Shown: positions 8,550-17,812 of the stretch, one piece after another
How positions within the stretch are numbered: position 1 is the stretch's first letter
How the letters are laid out: each line of letters opens with the position of its first letter
Assembly: GCA_040754495.1 (NCBI GenBank)
Contig: JBFMCO010000009.1
Location: 1-35,702 of the forward strand
Length of the DNA: 35,702 bases
DNA from: Candidatus Micrarchaeota archaeon
Lineage (GTDB): Archaea; Micrarchaeota; Micrarchaeia; Anstonellales; Bilamarchaeaceae
Direction of reading: 5' to 3'
The notes under the pieces: model-generated
Told to the model about the DNA's origin: nothing
What the model saw: the letters and a program-made list of their open reading frames with translations, nothing else
The model's database searches: none
Position numbers and translations under genes: made by a program

Positions 8550-9851
8550 ATGAAAAAACGGCCCGATGCCGCGCCAGCGCTGGATGCGCTCGTTGCAGAG
8601 CGCAAGGACATGAGGAGGGCACCCCGCGCAAAGGCCGCGCTGGTGATAACCACGTACGGCAACGCCCCCATGCTGAAGGGGCATATCGAGAGGCTCGGCC
8701 TCCAGAAATGGAAGGGCTTCGACATCATCATCGTCTATGGGGAGAAGGACGGCTTCATCGAGGCGCCTGCGTGGGCGGGCATCCTGCACCTGCGCGAGAA
8801 GGGAAGGAATGGCTGCTCGGGGGCGTATTACATCGGGGAGCGGGCCGCCCTTGAGGAAGGCTACGGGATAATCATCCTCGCGGACGACGACTGCATGCCC
8901 GTGTCAGTTGACCTCGTCGAATCGCTGGTGAAGGAGGTGGAGGGCGGCTCGCAAATCGCCATCCCGCGCCTCGGCTCCCCGCAGGCGTCATGGAAGCCCC
9001 GCGTGCCCCATTATTACGGGGCTCTGAGCGCCAAAGCGCTGAGGTCGGCAGGGCTTACGTTCCTGCCGCTCTTCTTCGGGGGGGACGACGTGGAGTTCAT
9101 GAGCAGGATGAGGAATTCCGGGTTTTCCCCGAAGCACATAGAAGCGTACGCGTGGCATCCGCCGGCAAAGCCATTCCTCATCGACGCGTCGTGGAAAAGG
9201 TACTACTATTCCCGGGGGGAGCTGGAGGCGCTCGTCCTGAACCGCGGATTCCCGGAGGCATTTGCCTTCGCCGCGATGGGCCTGTTCATGGCTGCCTCCC
9301 TTGCGGCTTTCGGAAGGATGGGCCAGGCCGGAAGGACGCTGCATGGCCTGTGGGACGGCTCGCGGCTCGTGTTTTTCGAAGCGAAGAATGCGGGCGGCAA
9401 CGGCCCGCAGGCCCTTGCTAAGGAGCCGGAGGCGGACCTCGTGTTCGATTCCAGGGAGGCAGCCGGCAGGCGGGTGCAGGGCCCGAACATGATGCTTTAT
9501 TCTGACGATGCCGGGCAGGGCCTGCTGTGGTATGCCGGAAGGTGCGCGTCCATCCTCGCGTCGTTTCCGAAATACCTTGGCAAGCGCATCCTGTTCCGCG
9601 GAGGAAACAGCGCGCTCAGCCTTCCTGCCATCGCGATGGCCCGCAGCGCTTACATGGTGCACGAAGGGAAGGCGTACGAGGTTTTCAGCGGGCGGGGCAT
9701 GATACGGATAGTCGCGGGGCTCGCCCTGCTCGCGTTCGCCGCTCCTTTCGTGCTTCCGCTTGCGCTCTGCCTCTCCCTGGGGGGATTCGCCGTGCGTGCC
9801 TGGAAAGGGGTAACGAGCTCGGGCTACGGCCTTGAGACTCGGAAGGATTAA
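8550..9851 (+). CDS. GT2-family glycosyltransferase with C-terminal membrane segments, paralog B
   Basis: ALVITTY, GCSGAYYIG, ILADDDC and GGDDVE motifs. Colinear with 6010..7236. Confidence 0.8.
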   Translation: MKKRPDAAPALDALVAERKDMRRAPRAKAALVITTYGNAPMLKGHIERLGLQKWKGFDIIIVYGEKDGFIEAPAWAGILHLREKGRNGCSGAYYIGERAALEEGYGIIILADDDCMPVSVDLVESLVKEVEGGSQIAIPRLGSPQASWKPRVPHYYGALSAKALRSAGLTFLPLFFGGDDVEFMSRMRNSGFSPKHIEAYAWHPPAKPFLIDASWKRYYYSRGELEALVLNRGFPEAFAFAAMGLFMAASLAAFGRMGQAGRTLHGLWDGSRLVFFEAKNAGGNGPQALAKEPEADLVFDSREAAGRRVQGPNMMLYSDDAGQGLLWYAGRCASILASFPKYLGKRILFRGGNSALSLPAIAMARSAYMVHEGKAYEVFSGRGMIRIVAGLALLAFAAPFVLPLALCLSLGGFAVRAWKGVTSSGYGLETRKD

Positions 9852-9876
9852 AAGAGCGGAAAGGGAAGCATAAGCG

Positions 9877-10578
9877 ATGGCGGAAGGAAAAGTGTCCGTG
9901 ATTCTCCCGGTGCACAACGAGGGCAGGACCCTCGAGGGCAACGTGAAGCGGCTGATAGGCACGCTGGACGGATGCCTCGGCGACTACGAGATACTCATCA
10001 GCGAGGACGGCAGCACGGACGGGAGCACCGGGGTCGCGAAATCGCTCCGCTCGGCGCGCGTGAGGACGTTCCACAACGACAATCGGGTGGGCAAGGGCGC
10101 CGCGATAAAGAGCGCCGCAGCCCGCGCGCGCGGCAACATCATAATTTTCATGGACGCTGACCTCGCCTCGGAGCCGGCCCACGTGAAGGAGCTTGTCGGC
10201 TTCATACGCGACGGCGCGGCAATCGTCATAGGCTCGCGCTACCTGCCCGGAGCGAAGGCGAGCAGGAGCATGGTGCGGTATGTCGCGAGCAGGGCTTTCA
10301 ACATGCTTGTCAGCCTTCTTCTGGGCTCAAGGCTCAGCGACCACCAGTGCGGGTTCAAGGCTTTCAGGAAGGACCTCGTGCTCCCGGTCGTGAACGAGGT
10401 CGAGGACGAATGGTGGTTCTGGGACACCGAGCTTCTCGTGCGCGCCCAGCGCAGGGGCCTGCGCATAAGCGAAATCCCGATTCATTGGAAAGAGGTCTCA
10501 GGCTCCAGGTTCAGGCTCTTCCATGACAGCCTCAAGATGGCGTCCTGCCTCCTGAAGTTCAAGCTGAGGCACGGCTAG
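9877..10578 (+). CDS. Dolichyl/polyprenyl-phosphate glycosyltransferase (DPM1/ALG5-like GT2)
   Basis: VILPVHNE, EDGSTDGS, GKGAAI, FMDAD, SDHQCGFKAF and WFWDTELL motifs. Confidence 0.9.
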   Translation: MAEGKVSVILPVHNEGRTLEGNVKRLIGTLDGCLGDYEILISEDGSTDGSTGVAKSLRSARVRTFHNDNRVGKGAAIKSAAARARGNIIIFMDADLASEPAHVKELVGFIRDGAAIVIGSRYLPGAKASRSMVRYVASRAFNMLVSLLLGSRLSDHQCGFKAFRKDLVLPVVNEVEDEWWFWDTELLVRAQRRGLRISEIPIHWKEVSGSRFRLFHDSLKMASCLLKFKLRHG

Positions 10579-12215
10579 CGGCTTTCACGGCCGACGCCGT
10601 ACGATGCCATCCTGCAGAGGGCCTCCGCGGCAGGATTGGGGACGCGGGCCTTCTTCAGCACTTTCGCGAGCATGGCGACATCCTCGCGCCCGATGCATTT
10701 GAGGAGCAGGCAGAAGCAGGCGAAAAACGCGATTGCGGCTGCGCTCATGAGGCCGATGAAAGCGGCATAGAGGATTTTCGGCACGTAGAAGGGCGCGTCC
10801 GGTCCGGCTGCGCCCTGGATGCCTGCCGAGAGCGAGCTGATGATGGGGCCTGATAAGAACATTATGGCGAGCGTCGCCAGGCCGGCAAGCGCCAGCTTGA
10901 AGACTTCCGCCGGAAGGCGGTATCCGAAATGCTTCCTGGCGTAGTATGCGAGAAGCGTTGCGTTGGCCGCGAATCCCATGAGCGAGGAGATTGCCGAGCC
11001 CGCGATGCCGAGCACCGGGATGAGGAGGATATTCAGCACGATGTTGAGCAGGCCCGCGGCGACCGTGATTTCTATCTGGAGCCGGACGAGGCGCATGGCC
11101 GAGAGCGTGAGCGACAGGACGTATGAGACCGCCTTGAGCAGGATGCCGAGCGCGAGAATCGACATGACGATGCCGCCCGCCCGGTACTGCTCGCCATAAA
11201 GCGCGGCGAGTATGTCGCCCGAAAAGGCCATCATGACAAGGCCGAATGGCACGGTCATGAGGAGGGACCAGCGCTGTGCGGTCTCGGTCGCCGCGCCTAT
11301 CTGCAGCGTGTCGTTCTTCCCGTAAAGCCGGGATATCATCGGCAGGAATATGCCCCCTATGGAGTTCGGAATCGTCAGCAGGACGCCTGCCAATGACGCA
11401 GCGACCGCATAGACCGCGACGGCTTCGGTCGCCTCTGATGGGTCGAGGAGGAAGCCGAGCAGCACCCTGCTTGTCGAGAAGAAAAGCGCGCCGAGCGACG
11501 AGAGGAAGCCGAACATGAGGCCGAACGGGATGATTTCCCCGGTCAGCTGGGCCGCGCTTATGCCGCTGCCCGCAGGGAGCCCTTCCGCTCTTTTCCGCAC
11601 GAATACGAGCGAGAGCAGGATGGCCGGGACGAAGGAGAGCAGGAGGGCCGCGCCGACCGCGTTCGCGGATGGGCCGAACGTCATTATGAGCAGGGGGGCA
11701 AGGACGAGCTTCAGGAGGTTCTGGAGGTTCTGCGAAAGCTGCATGGAGCGTATGTCGGCCCTGGCCCGTATGAACGAAGTCGTAACGGCGAATATGTTCG
11801 TGAGCAGGAGGGAGAGGGACAGCATGCGGACCATGTCCGGAAGGCGCGGGTTCTGGTAGAGCGCCCCGATATTGTCCGCCTGCCACCAGAGAAGCAGGAC
11901 GAGCACCGCGGCGGAGGCGATTGTAAGGATGACGCTTACCCGCAGGAGCTCGCGGATTTTCCCTTTTTCGTTGCGGCCCTCGAAGAACGGGACGTAGCGC
12001 ACGAGCGCGCTCGCCATGCCGAGGTTGTCTATGACGGAGGGGAGCGAGACGATGCCCATCGCGAGGAAGAAAAGGCCGAGCTCGTCCTGCGGGACAAGGC
12101 GCGCGACGATGATGGTGTAGAAGAACGAGAACGAGTAGAAGAACGCGCTGCCGAGGAGGCCCCACATGCTCCCTTTCGCGACCTCCTTGGAGGATTCAGC
12201 TGGCTCGTCCTGCAT
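10575..12215 (-). CDS. Oligosaccharide/polysaccharide flippase (Wzx/MOP family)
   Basis: About 14 TM. Motifs include ELGLFFLA, NLGMASALVRYV, VAVYAVA, IFLPMISRLY and LNILLIPVLGIAGSAIS. SD GGTGA lies 4 nt before the ATG. Confidence 0.92.
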   Translation of the reverse strand: MQDEPAESSKEVAKGSMWGLLGSAFFYSFSFFYTIIVARLVPQDELGLFFLAMGIVSLPSVIDNLGMASALVRYVPFFEGRNEKGKIRELLRVSVILTIASAAVLVLLLWWQADNIGALYQNPRLPDMVRMLSLSLLLTNIFAVTTSFIRARADIRSMQLSQNLQNLLKLVLAPLLIMTFGPSANAVGAALLLSFVPAILLSLVFVRKRAEGLPAGSGISAAQLTGEIIPFGLMFGFLSSLGALFFSTSRVLLGFLLDPSEATEAVAVYAVAASLAGVLLTIPNSIGGIFLPMISRLYGKNDTLQIGAATETAQRWSLLMTVPFGLVMMAFSGDILAALYGEQYRAGGIVMSILALGILLKAVSYVLSLTLSAMRLVRLQIEITVAAGLLNIVLNILLIPVLGIAGSAISSLMGFAANATLLAYYARKHFGYRLPAEVFKLALAGLATLAIMFLSGPIISSLSAGIQGAAGPDAPFYVPKILYAAFIGLMSAAAIAFFACFCLLLKCIGREDVAMLAKVLKKARVPNPAAEALCRMASYGVGRESR

Positions 12216-12219
12216 CCCC

Positions 12220-13737
12220 TCACCTGCCCTTGCGCGCGAGGCGCCCGATGGAGAGCAGCGTCCTGTATCTCAGGTCCGAGCCTTTTGCGGATTTGCCTGA
12301 AATGACAGGAACTGGCTTGCCGTCCAGCGCCTCGGGGACAGCATAGCCGAAATAGGAGAGCACTGTCGGAGCGATATCAAGGAGGTGGAGGGTGTCGAGC
12401 CTGCCCAGCGCCCTGAGGTTCGGGCCGCACGAGACGAAGACGCCAAGCTCCCTGTGCGCCCCGTTCATCTCCCTTGCAGAGTCCACTTTCTTGCCGAGCG
12501 TCCTTGCGCCCGAGCAGCTGAAATGCACGTCATGCTCGGGAACTGCAGTGAGGGGCGGCGCTTTCTCCACGTGCGGGCCGGAATACAGCGACTCGCGCGC
12601 ATAAACGTCCCGCACGACTGCCGAGCCTTCCTCGTCCGAAGCGGCCTTGACAAGCTGCGCGACATGCTTCCGGTCATGGCCCGCAGGCACCATTATGCCG
12701 CCGTTGCGAGAGCTCAGGAACACCGAGCCCGGGTAATCTATGGCTCCGCCGCCGACGACGTCGCTCGGGAACACGGAGCGCCCGAGATTCGCAAGCAGCC
12801 TCGAGCGGCGGATGAAATCGTACAGCTGGAGCGGGATGAACGAGAGGACGCGCTCGCGCGTGAGGCCGGCCGCGTGCATCGCGCCCCTGCGCGTGGCCTT
12901 TTTCAGCTTCAGCACGCCGTTTTTCACGAAATAGGTGTTCATGAAGAATATGCGCCGGATTTCCCGGAACCCGTGGTCGGACGCTATGAGCACGTCGCAG
13001 CCGGAATCGAGCAGCTCGCCGAGAAGCGGGTCCAGCATTTTGTAGATTTCAGCGATTTCCGTGCCGGACTTTTTGTCCGCATTCAGGAACTCGCTCATGA
13101 AATAGTGCTGCACCCAGTCCGTCTCGGAGAAGACCATGAAGGCCGCGTCCCATTCCTTGCTTTTCAAAAGATGCCTCGCGACCTTCATGCGGGAATCCAG
13201 GCCTTTCTTGAGCGTGCGCACGATGCCTGACTTGTCGGCGGAGGCGCCCATCTTGACGAGCTGGCCCTCGGGCCCCATGTCGAAATCGTAATCCGGGACG
13301 ATGCCGAGGATTTCCGTCCGGAGCCCTGCCGGCGCTGTGAATGCGCTGTCCCGGTCCGGAGTCCCGAAGCCCGTGATGAGCATCGCGTTCGCGCTCGTTC
13401 TTGGCGGGAATGACATCGGTATGTTGAACGCGAGCACCTTCTCCCTGTGCATCAGCTCCCAGAAATACGGCGCCTGCCTGTCCGCGCCCGAGGTGTATCT
13501 CGGCTTCCCGTTGACGACCGTCCCGAAATCGAATATGCCGTGCTTCCCGGGATTAACGCCGGTGAATATGCTCGTCCAGGCCGGGGCTGTGAGAGGCGGG
13601 ATTGTGGAGCGCAGGTGCGCCCGCGTGCCCTTATCCATTGCCCGCTTGAAATTCGGCAGGCAGCCTTCCTTGATTAGGGGGTCGAGGACCTCCCAGTCGG
13701 CGCCGTCTACGCCGAACAGGACTAGTTTCCGGCTCAT
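12220..13737 (-). CDS. AlkP-superfamily protein (COG3379 type), paralog 2
   Basis: LFGVDGADW, STIPPLTAPAWTSIFTG, TDWVQH, SDHG and AHRELG motifs. Confidence 0.88.
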   Translation of the reverse strand: MSRKLVLFGVDGADWEVLDPLIKEGCLPNFKRAMDKGTRAHLRSTIPPLTAPAWTSIFTGVNPGKHGIFDFGTVVNGKPRYTSGADRQAPYFWELMHREKVLAFNIPMSFPPRTSANAMLITGFGTPDRDSAFTAPAGLRTEILGIVPDYDFDMGPEGQLVKMGASADKSGIVRTLKKGLDSRMKVARHLLKSKEWDAAFMVFSETDWVQHYFMSEFLNADKKSGTEIAEIYKMLDPLLGELLDSGCDVLIASDHGFREIRRIFFMNTYFVKNGVLKLKKATRRGAMHAAGLTRERVLSFIPLQLYDFIRRSRLLANLGRSVFPSDVVGGGAIDYPGSVFLSSRNGGIMVPAGHDRKHVAQLVKAASDEEGSAVVRDVYARESLYSGPHVEKAPPLTAVPEHDVHFSCSGARTLGKKVDSAREMNGAHRELGVFVSCGPNLRALGRLDTLHLLDIAPTVLSYFGYAVPEALDGKPVPVISGKSAKGSDLRYRTLLSIGRLARKGR

Positions 13738-13763
13738 ATCGGCAACAAATGGGGTTCATTCTA

Positions 13764-13770
13764 TTTTTAA
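13764..13770. promoter_or_regulatory. TATA-like box between divergent AlkP paralog 2 and cysD
   Basis: TTTTTAA is the main AT tract in the 66-nt divergent spacer. Confidence 0.45.
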
Positions 13771-13803
13771 GTGTATCCGGGGTAAATCCTTCCAGGTGGT
13801 TGA

Positions 13804-14592
13804 TTGGCGGAGCTTCAGGACCTTGACAGGCTCGAGGAGGGCAGCGTGTTCATACTGCGCGAGGCCAAGGCCAAATTCAGGAGGCTTGCCGCGCTCTGGA
13901 GCATGGGCAAGGACTCGACGGCCATGCTCGCCCTTGCCCGCAAGGCGTTCTTCGGCAGGGTGCCCTTCCCTGTCATACACATAGACAACGGCATTGATTT
14001 CCAGGAGACATACGAGTTCAGGAAAAGGCTGGCCGACGAATGGGGGCTGGAGCTGATTGTAGCGAAAAGCGAAATCAAGGACGACATCTCCGGCATCCGC
14101 TGCTGTGGCGCGAACAAGACCGACGCGCTCAAGAAGGTCCTGGACGAGAGGGGGTTCGACGGCCTCATCGTTTCCATCCGCAGGGACGAGCACGGCATCC
14201 GCGCGAAGGAGCGGCACTTTTCCCCGCGCGACAGGGAGTTCAGGTGGAACTACAAGGACCAGCCGCCCGAGGTCTGGGGATATACCAGCAGATTCGAGGG
14301 CAGCTCGCACGTCCGCATCCACCCGCTCCTGCAGTGGAACGAGGTGGACATCTGGAGGTACGTGAAAAGGGAGAGCGTCCCGGTCAATCCGCTCTATTTC
14401 TCGAAAGCAGGGAAGAGATACCGGAGCCTCGGCTGCACGCAGTGCACCGTGGCAATAGAGTCAGGGGCATCTTCCGTGGACGACATCATCGCGGAACTCG
14501 GGAAGACGTCCATCGCCGAGCGCTCAGGGAGGATGCAGGACAAGGAGCAGGAAAACGTGATGCAGAGGCTGCGCGCTCTTGGCTACATGTGA
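13804..14592 (+). CDS. cysD: Sulfate adenylyltransferase subunit 2
   Basis: PP-loop WSMGKDS, FPVIHID, RRDE..RAKERHFSPR, RIHPLLQWNE, YRSLGC and RSGRMQD motifs. TTG start with SD GGTGG at 4-nt spacing. Confidence 0.93.
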   Translation: MAELQDLDRLEEGSVFILREAKAKFRRLAALWSMGKDSTAMLALARKAFFGRVPFPVIHIDNGIDFQETYEFRKRLADEWGLELIVAKSEIKDDISGIRCCGANKTDALKKVLDERGFDGLIVSIRRDEHGIRAKERHFSPRDREFRWNYKDQPPEVWGYTSRFEGSSHVRIHPLLQWNEVDIWRYVKRESVPVNPLYFSKAGKRYRSLGCTQCTVAIESGASSVDDIIAELGKTSIAERSGRMQDKEQENVMQRLRALGYM

Positions 14593-14596
14593 ATCT

Positions 14597-15841
14597 ATGG
14601 CAAAGGAAATCCGCATCTCGCTTCTTGGCCACAAGGACCATGGGAAATCCACCCTTGTCGGCAGGCTCCTCCACGACACGGGCTCCATGACCAAGGACCG
14701 AATAGAGGAGGCCAAAGCCATCTGCGCGGCTTCGGGGAAGGAGTTCGAGCTGGCATTCCTGCTGGACAGCTTCGTGGAGGAGAGGGAAGGCGGCTTCACG
14801 CTCGACACGACGACCGCGCAGGCCCGCCACCGTGATGTGATATATAACCTGATTGACGTGCCCGGCCATCGGGAACTTGTCAAGAACATGCTGAGCGGGG
14901 CCTCGCAGGCCGATGCCGCCATACTGATTGTCTCGGCAAAGGAGGACGAGGGGCTTCAGGACGAGACGAGGCTCCACCTTTACATGGCCTCCATGCTCGG
15001 CATACGAAGGCTTGTCGTCGCTGTGAACAAGATGGACGCCGTGGGGTATGGGCGTGAGAGATTCGAGTCGCTGAAAAGCAGCGTTTCCGCTGTGCTGTCC
15101 TCTTTCGGCTTCGGGGATTTCTCATTCGTGCCGGTTTCAGCGAGGAACGGGGACAATGTCATGGAGCGCTCAGGCTCCATGGAATGGTATGACGGCAGGC
15201 CGCTGATTTCGCTCATGGAGGAGTTCGCCGACGGCCATGAGGAGACGCGTCTCCGTTCCCTTGCTCCGCGGCTCTTCGTGCAGGACGCTTACGACGTGGA
15301 CGGCGGGAAGATGCTCGTCGGGAGGCTGGAAACCGGGATGCTGGGGACCGGCCAGGTGGTTGCCATCGAGCCTCTCGGCCTCAGGACCACGATAAAAGCC
15401 ATCCACTCCCCGGGCGGGGCTGAGAGGAAGGAAGCCGAAGCCGGGCAGAACATCGGCCTCAGGCTTGCTTATTCCGGCGATATCGGGAGGGGATGCGTCA
15501 TAGCCGGGGAGGAAAGCGCGCCCCGGGCCGGCAGGGAATTCGAGGCGCTCATATTCTGCTTCCCGGAGTGCTCGCTCGAGCCTGGCGAGGAGCTTACTGT
15601 GACGTGCTCCTCGCAGGAGGCTTCGGCAATGATAAAGAGGGTGAGGAGCAGGATGAACCCTATAAAAGACCTCCATCCGCACCCTGCCCAGCTCGGCGGC
15701 GTCGGTTCCTGCGAGGCTGCTGAAGTGTCGCTCGAGACCGGCTCGCCGCTCGTGTTCGAAAGGTTCTCTGAGATGCCGCCAACCGGAAGGTTCATAATCT
15801 CTAAAGCCGGGAAAATCGCCGGCGTGGGCGTGATACTCTGA
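14597..15841 (+). CDS. cysN: Sulfate adenylyltransferase subunit 1 (GTPase), no fused APS kinase
   Basis: GHKDHGKSTL, EERE.GFTLD, DVPGH, NKMD and VSARNGDN motifs. Lies directly downstream of cysD. Confidence 0.85.
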   Translation: MAKEIRISLLGHKDHGKSTLVGRLLHDTGSMTKDRIEEAKAICAASGKEFELAFLLDSFVEEREGGFTLDTTTAQARHRDVIYNLIDVPGHRELVKNMLSGASQADAAILIVSAKEDEGLQDETRLHLYMASMLGIRRLVVAVNKMDAVGYGRERFESLKSSVSAVLSSFGFGDFSFVPVSARNGDNVMERSGSMEWYDGRPLISLMEEFADGHEETRLRSLAPRLFVQDAYDVDGGKMLVGRLETGMLGTGQVVAIEPLGLRTTIKAIHSPGGAERKEAEAGQNIGLRLAYSGDIGRGCVIAGEESAPRAGREFEALIFCFPECSLEPGEELTVTCSSQEASAMIKRVRSRMNPIKDLHPHPAQLGGVGSCEAAEVSLETGSPLVFERFSEMPPTGRFIISKAGKIAGVGVIL

Positions 15842-16602
15842 TAGTCATAGGGCTGGACGGGGCGACGTGGAGGGTGATAAAGCCCAACCTGGAGCGCCTG
15901 CCCTCCTTCAAAACGCTTCTTGGGAAGCACTTGCACTCCACGCTCGTCTGCGACGTGCGGCCCGTGCATTCCGCCCCTTCATGGACTACGATTTTCAGCG
16001 GCCTCATGCCTTCCGAGCATGGAATCATGCATTTCGTGATGGATGGAAAGGCAAGGGAGGAGCTTCTTGCCAGGAAGATATTCGTCTGGGACAGGGTGAA
16101 GCGCGCCATAGTGATGGGCGTGCCTGTTGCCCTGCCCCCGCTCAACAGGAATTACCAGCTCCGCGACTGGGAGAAGCACGTGCTTTCCGTGAAAGGCGAG
16201 GAGATGCTCGAGAGCACGCGCAAGCTCTGCTCGGATGTGGCCGGGGCGATAGAGTTCGGCGAGGCGGACCTCGTGGCCGCGGTCTTCTCAGAGCCGGACC
16301 GGGCCCAGCACATGTTCTGGAACGAGCCCGAGACCGTGCTCAGGCACTACAAAAGCGTTGATGACGCGCTCGCGAGGCTGCTCCCGCTACTTGAAGGCAG
16401 GGATTTCCTGATTCTCAGCGACCACGGCTTCACCGATGCCGCTGAGACGAAGAGAAACAACTGGGACACAGTGCGCGACAACCAGAGCGGCGGACACCAC
16501 CCCGAGGGCATCGCCATTTCTAACCTCGAGCCTCCGGCGAAGGTGAGCCAGGTCTGCTCCTTCATAGAGGCTTCCCTTTCGCGCCGCGGCCTGCTTCTTT
16601 AA
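15838..16602 (+). CDS. Short AlkP-superfamily protein, paralog 3 (probable CTG start)
   Basis: The conserved IVIGLDGATW lies in frame upstream of the first GTG (15874). Other motifs: HSAPSWTTIFSG, PDRAQH, SDHG and HHPEG. CTG at 15838 overlaps the cysN stop. Confidence 0.8.
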   Translation: MIVIGLDGATWRVIKPNLERLPSFKTLLGKHLHSTLVCDVRPVHSAPSWTTIFSGLMPSEHGIMHFVMDGKAREELLARKIFVWDRVKRAIVMGVPVALPPLNRNYQLRDWEKHVLSVKGEEMLESTRKLCSDVAGAIEFGEADLVAAVFSEPDRAQHMFWNEPETVLRHYKSVDDALARLLPLLEGRDFLILSDHGFTDAAETKRNNWDTVRDNQSGGHHPEGIAISNLEPPAKVSQVCSFIEASLSRRGLLL

Positions 16603-16627
16603 ACGTTACGCAGCACTGTTTATTCAC

Positions 16628-17812
16628 ATGACCAAGCCGTCGTTCCTGATTACGCATTCGTGGAGCCACAACATGGGCGACACGGCGATTCTTCTCGCGA
16701 CCGTTGACATGCTCCATTCCATCGCTCCGGGGTGCAGCGTCAGCGCCCTGGCGTCGCATCCTTCATTTACGAAAGAGAGATGCCCCCGCTTCAGGGGGCA
16801 TATAGACGCCTGGCCCTGGCCGGTTCCAGCCGGCAGGCCGGGCTTGCTCGACCTTGCGTATTACCCTGTGCTATTCATGGGCAATCTGCTCTCCGCTGCC
16901 GCCTACAGGCTTTTTGGGGCCAGGCTGTTCGTGCTCAATGGGGGGTTCTCCGGCCCGCTGACGAGGTTCTTCGAGAGCGACGTGGTGATAAGCCCGGGCG
17001 GGGACTTCATCGGCCCGCATTACTTCTTCATGACCGCCTTCGGCGAGATGCTGATGGCCAAAATCCTCGGCAAGCGCCTTGTCGTTTGCGCCCAGACCAT
17101 AGGCCCGTTCCGGGGCCTCCTGCACAGGAGGCTCGCATCTGCCGTGCTTGGCATGGCAGACCTGATTATCGTGAGGGAGGAGCGCACCGCGCAAAGGCTC
17201 AGGGAGGCAGGCCTGAAGGACGTTCACGTTACATCGGACATCGCCTTCACGTTCCCCCAGCCGAAAAAAAGGCAGCGGAAGGCCGGGCGGGTGATACTCT
17301 GCCCTAAGAAGCTCCGGGAGGGCAGGGAGGATTATGCGCAGGCGATGGTGGCTTTAGGCCGGAAAATCGCCGCTGAAGGCTGCGAGGTTGTGCTCGTAGC
17401 GAGCGACGCGTACGATGCAGGGCTTCACGCAGAAATCGCCCGCGGGATAGGGCCGCAGGCGAAGCTGGTTGGCGCCATCCACCCACCGGACAGGCTGGCC
17501 GGATACATCGCAGGCTCGGACTTCATAGTTTCCAGCAGGATGCACGCAATAATCCTCGGCTCGCTTTCGCACACGCCCTTCTTCGCCATCGGCGACAGCC
17601 ACAAGTTCCAGGACGTCCTCGGGGACTTGTGCCAGGGGTGCTCCATGGATGCCGGGGAGCTTGACGAGAAGGGGATTGAACGGGTGCTTGATTCCTTTGG
17701 GAGAAGGGAGGAGCTGAGGGCTTCAATCTCCGAATCCTTCCCTTCAGTAAAGGAGAAGGCGTCGCGGAGCGGGCTCATACTCAGGGAAAAGCTTACGGAG
17801 TGGGGATTATGA
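16628..17812 (+). CDS. Polysaccharide pyruvyl transferase family (WcaK/CsaB-like)
   Basis: N-terminal NMGDTAIL, SPGGDFIG, AQTIGPF, VREE and SRMHAIILG motifs. Confidence 0.88.
   Translation: MTKPSFLITHSWSHNMGDTAILLATVDMLHSIAPGCSVSALASHPSFTKERCPRFRGHIDAWPWPVPAGRPGLLDLAYYPVLFMGNLLSAAAYRLFGARLFVLNGGFSGPLTRFFESDVVISPGGDFIGPHYFFMTAFGEMLMAKILGKRLVVCAQTIGPFRGLLHRRLASAVLGMADLIIVREERTAQRLREAGLKDVHVTSDIAFTFPQPKKRQRKAGRVILCPKKLREGREDYAQAMVALGRKIAAEGCEVVLVASDAYDAGLHAEIARGIGPQAKLVGAIHPPDRLAGYIAGSDFIVSSRMHAIILGSLSHTPFFAIGDSHKFQDVLGDLCQGCSMDAGELDEKGIERVLDSFGRREELRASISESFPSVKEKASRSGLILREKLTEWGL

Noticed and set aside
14597-15841. EF-1alpha, SelB or another translation GTPase
   Set aside because: Adjacency to cysD and the divergent domain II/III favour CysN.
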